A DNA stretch of 63,470 nucleotides, filler included, from Intoshia linei (Eukaryota > Animalia > Orthonectida), in the NCBI GenBank assembly GCA_001642005.1. It is 5 parts of 5 records of this genome, joined end to end, with 100 filler letters (N's around TTAATTAATTAA, not from the genome) between each part and the next. Parts side by side here need not be neighbours in the genome. Positions count along the whole stretch, not along the records: positions 42,634 to 54,143 come from LWCA01001173.1; positions 54,244 to 63,470 come from LWCA01001379.1; 3 more parts are not named here. The stretch is one strand, 5' to 3'. A program made the translations under genes and the position numbers. The notes under the pieces are model-generated. The model was not told where the DNA came from, searched no databases, and saw only the letters and a list, made by a program, of their open reading frames with translations. Every line of letters starts with the position of its first letter. The first letter of the stretch is position 1. Below are positions 50,151-61,985 of this stretch, in pieces.

Positions 50151-50944
50151 TTTTTGCTAAAATTTAGGAGGTAATTACACCTTCTGCACCCTTATCTTAT
50201 GTAAATTTTATCTAACTTAAGTGTTTTGATCGGGTTTAATATATCCAGAGTCGAGAACCATACTCCACCTATCATTAGTTTCCTTTTTTGTTTTTTCATT
50301 CTGAAGCTTTTTTTGGTAGTCTAGTTAACCACTAAGATTTCTTTTGAAAGCAGAATAGTCATGACTCATGACCACTACCCAAAAAAGATTCCGGTGAAAA
50401 TAAACTATAGTCAGGTGGACTGGTCATACCAGCCACTTCTTACTTTAAAGCATTTATCTTATTCTTCGCATTTTTTCGACTTTATGGGGTCTGAAATGTA
50501 AATATAATCATCATAGCTTGTTCTCCAAGTTTATTGTATGAAATACACACTTTTAACCATATTTAGTTATTGATTCTTCAGCATATGCACCTTTCGGACT
50601 AGAAACATGTGTTCTAAATTAAATTAAAAGCATTATTAATTTAAATTATGTTTTTAGAATCCATTTTTAGATTGATTATCTCCCCCTTTTGAGAACCACT
50701 GATCTGGAATGTTCTCTAAGAAGAAGAATCTGGATCTTGGTATTCTCCTATATAGAAATTTATTGGTCTATATTTCTGATAACGAATAAGTAAAAATTTG
50801 TAAATTTTTTTTTTAAATTTCAATGCAGCTTCTCCTCTTTTTCCGACAATTTCCTTGATGGTTTTTTAATTAATATGTCAAGTTTTGACTTTTTTGATTA
50901 ATTATAATCAACTACAGCCCTCTCCATAACTTATGTCGATTTTC

Positions 50945-51547
50945 TGCAAACTAGCCAACACATTTTTTGGTGCCCAAAGTTTCTAAGTTGATTTAGACTA
51001 ACTTAGGGGTGCTGATTTTAAAAACCATACTAAATTTCTCCCATCAGGTCAAGTTTTTGTGATATTTTCTATTTTATTTCAAATTAAATTTATTTCTATA
51101 TACATTCTAGCGTGATAATTATAATTTTCAAGACATCAGGGACATGGATGTTCGCTATCAAGGTCGTTGTGATGGCACGATGCTTGCAGACTACTGTTAG
51201 ACTATCAAACGTGATGATAAAAGAGCCTCCCATTCTAGAAAATCAGTAAAACGCCATTTTAGGCTGATGATGTTAGCCCTTAGCATTTTTTACAATTTCA
51301 AACTAAAATTGTGAATATTTTGGTGTTTTTATGATTATGTACCTTATCGTTAAATAAAAATACTGTTTCTTCGATTTTCCTATCTTTATTGTAGTTATCG
51401 GTTTCCTACAGAGAGTGGGATACAATAGCGGAAAAACTAGACCTGATAGAGAAAAGTTAACAACACTTCTAAATTAGCGTCTTAAAATTAGATAAAAACA
51501 GTTAAAACATCTTAGGCACCATGACAATTTTTTTTTGTTGCCCAGTG
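50945..51547 (+). mobile_element. Internally deleted DNA transposon with long imperfect TIRs, probably Chapaev3 (CMC)
   Basis: C-terminal peptide FQDIRDMDVRYQGRCDGTMLADYC*TIKRD at 51126-51215. The right end is ...TTTTTTGTTGCCCAGTG|TAA (CACTG terminus, TWA flank). 50960-51055 is an imperfect inverted copy of 51432-51535. The superfamily name is from memory. Confidence 0.55.
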
Positions 51548-52222
51548 TAATGAATCATTATTATTATTAATGATTTTAATTTTTTCACAAATGTTTATTG
51601 GATGCAAGTATAATTTCCTATGATTCAACACAAATCGATTCTCATCTTCAACTTTTCAATTGATATAACGCTCTTTGTAATATGTGGACCATGTCTTTAA
51701 TTAATCTAAAATTGATATTATGATGACTTGATAAGACATTTTTTAACGGGAAATGATTATTAATGAAATTAACGATTCGTAATAGTCAGTTACTAAAGGG
51801 TCGTATATTTGTATGTTTCATCTTAATTTTTATGCCCAGTGTTAACTAAAATTCGCAAATTTATTAAATTACGTGGTTTATTTTTGTAGAAACTTAACGT
51901 TTGGCGATGACGAAATAGTATTGTTATGCAAGTTGCATTGATTCTTTACTGCTTATAAATTGAAAAGTTACTACAGTACTATATGTATTTCTATAAATGA
52001 CTTAATTTACTTACTTTTATTGGATCTAATATAAAAGTGTGAAACTGGTACAAGATTCAAAGTGAAGACTAAAAATGTTGCACGAGTTTATTTAATTTAT
52101 CAGTGTTTCAAATGAAGACATGACAAGGAAAGAAATTAATGATAATTAAAACGAACAAAATACAATTTATAAGAATGAGCTATAATATATTAAATTTACT
52201 ATATATAATTTACAAAGGGAGG

Positions 52223-52723
52223 TTAGACTTTGGCAATTTTGAGACCATCCAACATGTAGTAGAGGACGATATCATTTTCTGCCTTGTACCAACAAGGCAC
52301 CAGGAAGGCGTCAGGATCTTCGCTCTCACCCATGTAGAAATACAACTCATCTATATTTTTGGATACAAATGAATAGTAGTTTGTACATCTTTTTTTAAAA
52401 TCAGCATCAGCTGCATCTCCAACTACTTCGACAAGTCGTTTTAAGTAGTTTTTGAAGTAGCTTTTAAAGATTTTTTTGTCCATGTCGACCCGGGTGAGAC
52501 TGTGGGCGCTAACAATGTTGAGAACTCTTTCATCTTGGTCAGCAGCAGCTTCATCGTCGCATTCGGCTGAAGCGACATTACCAATGAGTCTATCGTCAAT
52601 TCCACCGCTGACATTAATATATTCAGCCTTGACTTTGACCATCCCATCAACTTCCGTCTCCTGGATATTGTGGCTATCTGTCAACATTTCATCTTTCGAG
52701 ATTTGGCATGTGTAAAGCTTCAT
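52223..52723 (-). CDS. TPT1: Translationally controlled tumor protein (TCTP), intronless
   Basis: 166 aa: MKLYTCQISKDEMLTDS, IGNVASAE, VLNIVSAHSL, DKKIFKSYFKNYLKRL, FYMGESEDPD, YMLDGLKIAKV. Higher GC than the flanks. Confidence 0.95.
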   Translation of the reverse strand: MKLYTCQISKDEMLTDSHNIQETEVDGMVKVKAEYINVSGGIDDRLIGNVASAECDDEAAADQDERVLNIVSAHSLTRVDMDKKIFKSYFKNYLKRLVEVVGDAADADFKKRCTNYYSFVSKNIDELYFYMGESEDPDAFLVPCWYKAENDIVLYYMLDGLKIAKV

Positions 52724-53007
52724 CGTTTTTCAAAATTTAAAATGAGATAAAATATAAAATGAATGAGACACGACCGATTGATAATATAAATTAACGTGCA
52801 AACAATGGGTTGCTATAGAATATTCACTTTATAAATAAACAATTTGTGTAATTTAAATCGAAACATGTGCATCAAAATACAATGATTCAGTGTGTATTGA
52901 TTCGTTTGACTGATTTTCAATCTGTAATCTGTTAATGTCAGGACTAAAACGGTGATTAAATTATATATTACAATTGAGTCAACACTGTTTGCATTAATTA
53001 TTTAAGG

Positions 53008-53835
53008 CAGCGGTTCTCAACCTTTTTCAGTCCATAGCTCAAAAAAGTTTTGCCTAAAATTCCATCGCCCACTTTAAAAAAACTTTAAAATATCTACTTT
53101 TATTTACAATAAAATGCTTTATTTATTTAAATTTTAAAGTATCAAGAAAAGTGTTAAAAATTAATTATCAACAAGTAAATTAAAATTTATACTAGTTAGT
53201 GACTGCCTTGGCATTGGTGTTTGTTGCACAGTAAATCGTAATCAATTTCTATTAGTTTATTCAATCTCAATTGCATTATTCCTCGGTTGTTTACATCCAA
53301 TTTTGACCTCTACTTGCCAAAAATATCGCCACTACTGAAAATCCAGCTTCTACAAGCCATGTAGGAAAAGCAATAATGCTTGGTTGAACATAATCAAACA
53401 CAATTGGATTTAATTCTTGAATTCCGATAAATCCAAATACACCTTCTTTTTCTATTCGTCTTACTAATTTCAAATCTTTTACGTCCAAGAGTTTTTCAGT
53501 TAGTTTAGGACTGGTTTCATCATCTGGTTCAAAGTTTTGAAGATCTGTAAACCAGAGTAGATGCTTCATTTCCAGTATATCTTGGTATCTTCTATTAAAA
53601 TCACTATGGAAATCTTCCAAATGTTTAGTACATTGAATCAAGAAATTTAATGTTGGATCAGTATCATGAAAATTCTTGAATATTGATTTTATCAACTTTT
53701 TTCATACAATTTGTTGTTCCAAAATACCAATTTGCTCATGAAACTTTTTATTTTTTTTGGAAGTGCTTACCAGATCATATTTTCTGCCTTGTAATTAAAG
53801 ATTTAGTTCATTGACAATTTTGAAAATATCACTAA
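53008..53835 (-). mobile_element. hAT Charlie/Buster-like (SCAND3/ZBED8-like) transposon 3' part, degenerate
   Basis: TIR CAGCGGTTCTCAACCTTTTT at 53008. Peptides VSDIFKIVNELNL*LQGR, HLEDFHSDFNRRYQDI and IAFPT-WLVEAGFS. Confidence 0.82.
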
Positions 53836-53938
53836 CAGTCAACGACAGTTATCATGCTAGAGAAAATAAAATCTTTCCTAATGAATACATTTAATTTTTA
53901 AAAATGTAGTTATATATTTAATATTTATGAATACAGCA

Positions 53939-54143
53939 CCAGAGGTGAAAACCGGGAGAATTGTGCGGTGGTTTTACCCGGTTGATGAAACGGTAGACAA
54001 AAAAAGTAAATAAAGTAGTAAATCATTTATTGAAACGTCTATTAATTTTTGAGAATAGTATATCTTCAATTATTATTGGAATTAGCTCTGTCCTCTTTGA
54101 GCTGAAAACAATTCCTAGGTCTGACACAGCTCGTTCCACAGAT
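53939..54143 (-). mobile_element. hAT dimerization-domain fragment with 3' terminus
   Basis: The minus strand reads SVERAVSDLGIVFSSKRTELIPIIIEDILFSKINRRFNK*. A terminus-like CAGAGGTGAAAACCGG lies at about 53940. Confidence 0.62.
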
Positions 54144-54243
54144 NNNNNNNNNNNNNNNNNNNNNNNNNNNNNNNNNNNNNNNNNNNNTTAATTAATTAAN
54201 NNNNNNNNNNNNNNNNNNNNNNNNNNNNNNNNNNNNNNNNNNN
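54144..54243. other. Assembly gap with TTAATTAATTAA linker
   Basis: 44 N + TTAATTAATTAA + 44 N. Confidence 0.97.
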
Positions 54244-54617
54244 TATTTTTCATTGTTTTTGTATGTTTATTTTGTGAAATTAAATCAAAATTTATAACTA
54301 TTCATTTAAACTGAAAATATCAAGTTTTTTTCAATTTAATTGATTAATAACCCTTCTAATATCCTAAAATAATTTTTTTGCCAAGTCTTTCATTTGCCTA
54401 ATAATCTTAGAGCAAAAAAAAAATCCCGCCCACAATCTTTTTTACTAGAACACCTCGTATTCCGTCCTGGTTTAAGCTGTCCTTGGTATACTTAATAAAA
54501 TTTCCAACATTACCCATTAATAAATTAAAAAAGTAGGCAGAATAATTGTAAGTCCGGTGATATGGCCCAAGCCCCGTCCCGACTACCCTGAGTTACACAA
54601 ATTAAAAAAATAAAAAC

Positions 54618-56508
54618 CTTTAATACAAGATAGAAATCCAAGTAGAGCTGGTGTTGAATCTTCAGTTTGGTCGATAGGCGTTGCAATTACAACAGATTCT
54701 ATCAAAGATAAATTAGACAAACTATAGTTTCTCAACCGCGGGCGCAAAATTTATCAGGGGTTGCTAATTTCTATAAACAATTTAATTGTTTAGTTTTTTC
54801 CTGATGTTTATAATACTACTGTAATAACTTTCCTGTAATTTTTATAATACATTAATTGATACATAGGAATTAAGTAAAGTTAATAAATTATATATAAAAT
54901 AATTTCGCGTTACGATGTGAAAAAATTTCATGCGAAAAATTATTTTTTAATTCTTTAAAGTTACAGAATAATATGCTATAGGGTTATCCAAACTTTTTTC
55001 CTGATAAACCCAATTTACAATATACAAATCCGTTATGAAAATAAAAAATATAATTAGTAAATGCATTCATTGTTACATTCTAAATAATAAAAAGAATTTT
55101 ATCTTGGACTCTAGAATATACATTTTTTATTCATTGAGTCGATGAAACAATCACATAATTTCAAACATAAACTCAGTATATTATTTTGGTTAGATCAGTG
55201 GTTCCCAATTGGTATCTCTGGACCCCTTTGGTCCAAAACTATGTTTCTGGGGTCCGCGAGATTTAAATAAAATGTAAAAAAAAAATTATCGACTTTTGTT
55301 TATTTTTATAGAATTTTTAATATTTATTACAGATTTACCACATTTTGGGCATTTATCCTAAATCCCAGACGACCGGTACATTATTATTTAAAAAATCCCA
55401 CTTTTATCTTATCATTAATAAAATTTAATAAAAAATACCATTTTAAACCTTCAAGGGAAAATCAATTTTTACCGAAATGTTTTGTAAAAATCCCAATTTT
55501 TTCCAATGTTTTTTTGAAAAGCATGATTTTATCAAATCTTATCAGAAATACCTTTTATTCCAACCTCAAAATAAAAATCCAATTTTAGCAACTTTTACAG
55601 ATATATTTGAAAAATCCACTTAGTCAAAACACCAAAAATAAAAAATTTAATTATACCAACCCTTAATGGAAAAATCCCTTTTCCAATATTTTTTTGAAAA
55701 AAACTATTTTATCAAATCTTATGAGAAAAAAACTTTAAATTTTTCATAAATGTTTTATATTTCAACTTTCATTTGGTATCAAAAAAATGAACACTTTGAA
55801 ATGTGGGTCCGTACACTATTTGAATCAAAAACCACTGGATAAGATAAAAATCTGTTTTATTCTCTATCAGGGAGGCTAACAAGTAAATACTTTTAATAAT
55901 AAATGGTTATCTACTAAATCAACAAAATTTGATTTATCTTTATTAAGTATACACAAATGTAAAGTAAAAGCATTTAATCACTGAATATTTTACCTAATCC
56001 AGTCGACCGTTTGGAAGGTATATAAACAAAAAAATTTTCGCCAAAAGTGTTCTAAAATTAAAATGCAATTTTTAAAATAAAACGTACATTATTGAAAATA
56101 TAATGTGATTGAAATCCTTGAACAAAATTTTTCAACTGCATTTTATCAAACTTTTCCTTTAAAAAAGTTAATTTTTCCTTCCTAATAAAAAATATGATAA
56201 AAAATGTATATTATATAAAATACATATTTCGTAATTTCTTATAATGCATTATTTCCAAGTTTAACTCTTTTTGATGGGTAAAAATAGGACGAGCCAAACC
56301 TATTATTTCATTTAGATACAATTAATAAACTTTTACCCGGTAACAGAGCATTATCTGAAATGTAAGTCTTTTGACTATTTTGATATTTACAAAGATGAAC
56401 AAAATAATAAATTCCCAAAACAAAAAACAATATTGAAATTTTCAATTTTTCATTATCCAACTTTGTAAACAAATTTTTTCTAAATCTAAAGTCGGTCAAA
56501 ATTGTCAT
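54618..56508 (-). CDS. GPAA1: GPI transamidase component GPAA1/Gaa1, 5' part only (3' part not found in window)
   Basis: N-terminal TM followed by TYISDNALLPG|LARP (canonical TY.SENALLPGL). Later exons give GENFFVYIPSKRSTGL|ESVVIATP across intron 54699-55993. Confidence 0.82.
55196..55837. mobile_element. hAT/Charlie-like MITE in the GPAA1 intron
   Basis: CAGTGGTTCCCAA ... AAAACCACTG ends. Flanks GGTTAGAT and GATAAGAT match at 6/8 positions. A partial inverted copy lies at about 58805-59053. Confidence 0.7.
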
Positions 56509-56562
56509 TTTAATAAAGTTGTAGTTATTTTATGTTGTTGCTAGACACTATATAATTTCAGA

Positions 56563-57025
56563 ATGGATTCTTATGATATTTTTCATGAAGAGGTAATGAT
56601 TTGATTGATTTAGTTGGTTTGTAAAATATAAAAAGCCAACTTGAAAATATACTAATAATATTTATTTGTCCTCGCATACATGAATTTACTATTAGAAAAA
56701 GTAGTTTAATTTCAAATTTAGATAGATATCGAATCAATGACGTACAATAAAGACGAGGACATTTTTCAATATCCATGTCCCTGTGGAGACTTATTTGAAA
56801 TATCAAGAGTTTATTTAAATTTTTTTTTGTTATTTGTAATTTGTAGATTGATTTATTTAATGGAGAAAATGTAGCAGAATGTCCATCATGTTCTTTACAA
56901 ATAAAAATAATTTTCAATGAAGTAATTTGAAACTTTTAACAATGTTAACATTCCTATTATTTTAGACTCGAAAAAATTGCTTTTTTGACACTATGATGCA
57001 AAAGTTCCCTTCAATGATTTGTTAA
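56563..57025 (+). CDS. DPH3: Diphthamide biosynthesis protein 3 (CSL zinc finger), 4 exons, 83 aa; absent from the ORF track
   Basis: Exons 56563-56592, 56722-56808, 56847-56921 and 56966-57025 give MDSYDIFHEEIDIESMTYNKDEDIFQYPCPCGDLFEISRIDLFNGENVAECPSCSLQIKIIF..., with CPCG and CPSCSL motifs. Confidence 0.93.
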
Positions 57026-57115
57026 ATATATTTATTTAAAAAAAGTTAAAACTACATATAAAAAAGTATACTGACAAATAGTAAAATAAATTAAATGTAA
57101 ATCACAAATTTGATT

Positions 57116-60100
57116 TTAATATTTTGATAATTCTGATGCAAGTTTTTCCAAAATCAAGACGTAATTATTATTTTTGGCTACTGTAATTATTGAACCATCT
57201 GACATTATTTTAAGGCCACAGCATCTGCTAACTTTAAATGTTGGACATTTGTAGTGCTGTACGGTATTCAGGTCGGTTGAAATTACAGCCAAGTGAAGAG
57301 CATTTCCGTGTGAATCTGCAACTATGATATCATTTGTGTCATGGTCTATCACTATTCCATTTGGAAAATTTGTTATATTTTTAGATCCGATTTTTTTTAT
57401 AAATACGCCTACTTTATTGTACACTGCTATGAAATGTCCCTAAATTAATTTTATGATAAAAATTTAAGAATTACTTTAAAGTCACATATATAATAATGAT
57501 CTTTGTAATAACTGACGTCGGATGGCTCTGACATTTCATTACTGCAATCGAAAAAAGAAACCATTTTACCCAGTTTTATGGATATAATAAAAATTGTGGG
57601 ATTGACGCTTTCTACTGCAACAATATCATCTAAGTTTTAATATATTTACTCTTAATTTGACTTCTACTTGAATCGTTTATCGTCATTCCTGCTACAATGT
57701 CAATGTATCTTGTTTTAATGGATTTTATAAATTCTCCATTTCTTTTAAATATTTGTATTCTAGTTCTAGATCGACCTCTATCACATATTACAATAACATT
57801 GGATGTATTGATTATAGCTATTTTTCTAGGGTACCATAATTCACCATCATTTTTTCCTATGAAAATTTTATCAATATATTTTAAAATTAAATTTAAATTA
57901 TCATTTTTCGTCTGATTATGATCCAATTCAGGAGTTCTCAACGTGGGCCATGTGCAAAATTTTCAACATTAAAAAAAATTTGGTGTATTAAACCATAAAA
58001 TTGCTAACCAAAACAAAATCTATAAATGCATAATAAATTTGACATAAATTTGGAATTATGGTTTACAGATCTTCAAAACTTTGAACCAGATGATGAAACC
58101 AGTCCTGAACTAACTCAAAAAAAGGAAACTGTATTTGGATTTATGGGAATTCAAGAATCAAATCCAATTGTGTTTGATTATGTTCAACCAAGCATTATTG
58201 CTTTTCCTACACATGGCTTGTAGAAACTGGATTTTCAGGAGATGTCGATATTTTTTGTAAGAAAAGGTCAAAATTGGATGTGAACAACCGAGGAATAATG
58301 CGATTAAGATTGATTAAACTAATAGAAATTGATTACGATTCATTGTGCAACAGTATGAATACAACAAAATGAAAACAGCCCTAGAATTTAAAAAAACACA
58401 AATGGTATAGGAGTATTCGGTTAAGACACGCAAAAAATTTCAATCTGAATAACTGACGCCTTCACGGCCAAAAAGGTACTTTAATATTCATTTTTTTTTA
58501 TTTCGAAACTATTTTATTTGTTAAATTAAACAAACAAAAAAATTTAAATAATTAATGGTCCTACAGTTAAAAAAAAAAATTTTCTGATAGAGCTTATTCC
58601 ATTTGATATAAATACAAAATTTCAACCCCAGAGATCTACATTCCCTGTGAAAAATAATTTTTAATATATTATCAACCAATATTTTTCAAATGTTGGATTA
58701 AAATGAAAAATTAAAATAATCATCCTACAATTTCAAACTAAACTAATTCCTAACCTAACTTATATAATATGTATTTAAAGGTATATTTAAAGTTTAAAAT
58801 ATTTAATATTGGTAAAAATCGATTTTTTCCTGAGGGTTTGAAATGTTATTTTTTATTAAACTTTATTAATTGTGAGATAAAACTGAGTTTATTGAAATAA
58901 TAATGTAGCGAACGTCTAATCTTTGGGATAAATTCCCAACATCTGGCAACTTTGTAATAAATATTAAAAATTCTCGTATAAAAATAAACAAAAATATATA
59001 AATCTTTTTCATATTTTATTTGAATCTTATGAACCCCAGGTATATAGTTTTGGTTTCAATAAATTATTTCGAAAAAAAATGAATACTAAAATGCTTTTTT
59101 GACCGTGAAGTCGTCACTTATTCGGATTGAAATTTTTTGTTATTAACATGATACAACTGTACCTACCTGTAAATTTTTTGAAATTCTAGGGCTGTTTTCA
59201 TAAAAAAAGAAGGGTAATAAAAAAGGAAGGGGAATTTGTAGTTTTAGCCCTGAAGATATAATAATTTTAAATTCTTCAACTCGTTTAATTTTCAAAAGAA
59301 GGGACAACAGGGGTTTTTGACTCTTAAGATGTGAAATTGGGAGTTTGAAATTTATTTTATTATACGTACCGGAAAAAACTATATTTGAAATGTGATCTTT
59401 AAAAAATTCTAAGAGTGCTAGTTATTTCATTAAAGTAAAACACAGACAGACAGACAAACAAAAATCGCGTCGCCTTTTATATAAGTTAAAAAAAAAGTAT
59501 GTCTAATAAATTAAAAAAATGGGATAACAATATTTTTTAAAATTCTTTACACAAATGTTAACAAAATAAATTTAACGTGGAATAATTTACTTTAATTTAA
59601 AAGGTAATGTGATATGACGGGTCCACGTGTAACAAGTTTGGAACCACTCCTTTAAATGATTTATAGCAGTGAATAGTAGCATTTTTAGGTTAAATTTTCT
59701 AGTGAATTTATTTTTCTGGTAGAATAAAAATGTCCGCACTCGGCAGAGCTAGTACAAATAGCATTGCGACATGTAATAATTTAATAATAATGAATAACCT
59801 GCAATACCAAAGGAGTATAAAAATTTTCCTTCTTTTGTAAAAACTTGAATTCTGTGATTATCTGTATCCGCAACATATATATTGTCTTTGTCGTCCGTGT
59901 CAAATCCATGAGGTGAGTTAAACTTTTCAGTGTTTTGACCTTCACTTCCGAATTTGTGTCTAAAAAAATATTATATATCAATGGTTCTCAATTTTGAAAC
60001 GAACGGATTTATTTTAATATGTAAATAACATATTACACATACATAATATACATTTCATATTCTAACAATGCTCTATTGTTCATAAATCACACCTGAATAT

Positions 60101-61985
60101 GTATGACTTAATCGCAATATTCTTCAAAAATAAAAATTTTCCTTTAAAAAAACTTGCAATGCATTGTCAACAGAGATGTAATAATTGTGAACATAAAATT
60201 CTTAGAGAATTAATAAAATATTAATAATATACTAAAAATTACTTCATATTCACAATGGTTTCACCAGGTCGATAAATTTCGACAGAACCATTTTTAGAGT
60301 TGTTTGGAATACAGAAAATGGTATCAGTATTAAAGTTAAATTTTATATTTTCGTCACTTAAATAAGAATCAATGGATTCGCATATATTAGCAAATAATAT
60401 ATTTTTGTTCCTATTTTTTCGTTCACTGTCTGTCAAATTTTTGCATGTTAATTGACTTGATGTATTGTTAATCCAATCTTGTGTCATTTCTTGTAATTTT
60501 ATAAACGTTTCTCGTGTGGTTTCAATAATATCTCGTAATGATTCTAGTTTTTGTATCCATTAATATATTTAATAAATGAAAATTAATTAATTAAAATGTA
60601 TTATGAACGAAATGAAAATTTTTTTTCTTATAAATTTTATTCAGATATTTCAGAGAACATGTCCAATTTTTTTGAAAGTTTACTTTATGCCTACATACAA
60701 CTCATTTTATATAAAAAACTGAAATTAATTAAAATTTTTAGAATTTGAGAAAAGTTGTCCACTTTTTACAACTGGTCCATGGTTCGTAATCTTAATCTGT
60801 CGCTACTGTAATTTAATTTTTTGAAAATTTGTAGAAAAAATATAATATATTTTTTGAGTTAATTTTATTATTTCTTGCAAAAAATTGACCTTAAAGTTTA
60901 GGGCCTAAAGAACCCTTAATTGTGTAAAAATAACATTAATAGAATATTATTAATAAGTAAATCTTTCATTAATAGTTTTCTCTATATAAAATAATATTTA
61001 AGACAAATTTTAACATTGAACAGTTATTTAATTCTAACGGTGCACCGAGATGATGGGTTAACCTAAAGATTGATTGAATGCATATTAATTACCTTTAGTA
61101 TTATTTTGATTTGATTCATCTGTTAAAATTGATAAAAGTCGAACTAAATATTGTCTTTTTCGATAAATGTCATTAATTTTATGGTAGAGTAAATTTTTTT
61201 GGTATAAATGATTTTTTTTTGCTTCACATAATGATATTTCCTAATTTTAATTAAATTTCATATATTTGTTATAATTACCTTTCGTCTGTTTATAAGTTGA
61301 TTTAATCTATAATGACGAGATTCAATATTGGAAATTATTTGATTTTCATCATAAGTTAAAAAATTTTGATATTCCTTATATTTGTCATTAATCAGCTGAT
61401 AATCATCTTGTTCAAATTGCATAAATTTTGACAAAATTAATTCAATATTGGTTGAATTTTTGGCTATAAACCTTTGTGAAATTAAATGATTGTTTTGATT
61501 AATTATATTGTTGTCATCATTTTGATTAAAATAATAAAAAATCTAATGTAAATAAATCATTATTTATAAATAAAATTAAAAATAAGTTATAAACGATAAA
61601 AAACCTTGTGATGATCAAAACATTTCATATAAAAATGAGATTCGACGCAAAATTCACAAATTGCAATATCACAATCCAAACATTTAGCTATTCCATATCG
61701 GTTTGCTTTACAATTGGTACAAATTATATTTAATTTAGAATCTTCTGGATTAAATGTAATATTTATCATTTACAATATACCTTTATCTATTTTATATTGC
61801 ATGGAACTGGACGGTGAGTTCGAATTTAAAGAATCTGATAAATTTCCAGTAAAATCTAGCTTTTTGTTTGATATGTTCATAAAGTTGTATTTTTGGTCCT
61901 TTATATCATTTATTAAAAATAAACCATTTAAATTAATGGAAGTAAAACCGTTTTCCATATTAAATTTGCAGGAATAAATAAACAC
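57116..61985 (-). CDS. mei-P26: TRIM-NHL protein of the mei-P26/NHL-2 type (B-box, coiled coil, NHL repeats); 5' end uncertain
   Basis: B-box CTNCK...CLDCDIAICEFCVESHFYMKCFDHHKV. NHL exons KFGSEG...FNSPHGF...VADTDNHRIQVF, GELWYPRKIA...CDRGRSRTRIQIF...RYIDIVAG, EPSD...CDFK|GH, FPNGI, DSHGN, KVSRCCGLKI...AKNN. These match mei-P26 rather than brat motifs. Confidence 0.88.
58057..58352 (+). mobile_element. Second, deleted copy of the Charlie/Buster-like hAT fragment inside the mei-P26 intron
   Basis: WFTDLQNFEPDDETSP...NPIVFDYVQPSIIAFPT, near-identical to the reverse complement of 53225-53555. Confidence 0.85.
58365..59752. mobile_element. Cluster of Helitron and MITE fragments in the 1942-nt mei-P26 intron (57857-59798)
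   Basis: Helitron internal piece (+) 58365-58735, MITE piece (-) 58805-59053, Helitron 5' part (-) 59065-59487, Helitron 3' part (+) 59500-59752. Confidence 0.7.

Noticed and set aside
52139-52715. Overlapping ORFs around TCTP (52139-52372, 52441-52650, 52476-52715)
   Set aside because: They are shadow frames of a GC-richer, codon-biased gene and have no motifs.
56558-56917. 119-aa minus-strand ORF
   Set aside because: It is the antisense shadow of the spliced DPH3 gene.
57116-57941. Calling the NHL gene brat or lin-41
   Set aside because: LWYPRK, CDRG, RYIDIVAG and KVSRCCGLKI are mei-P26/NHL-2 type motifs as I recall them, not brat.
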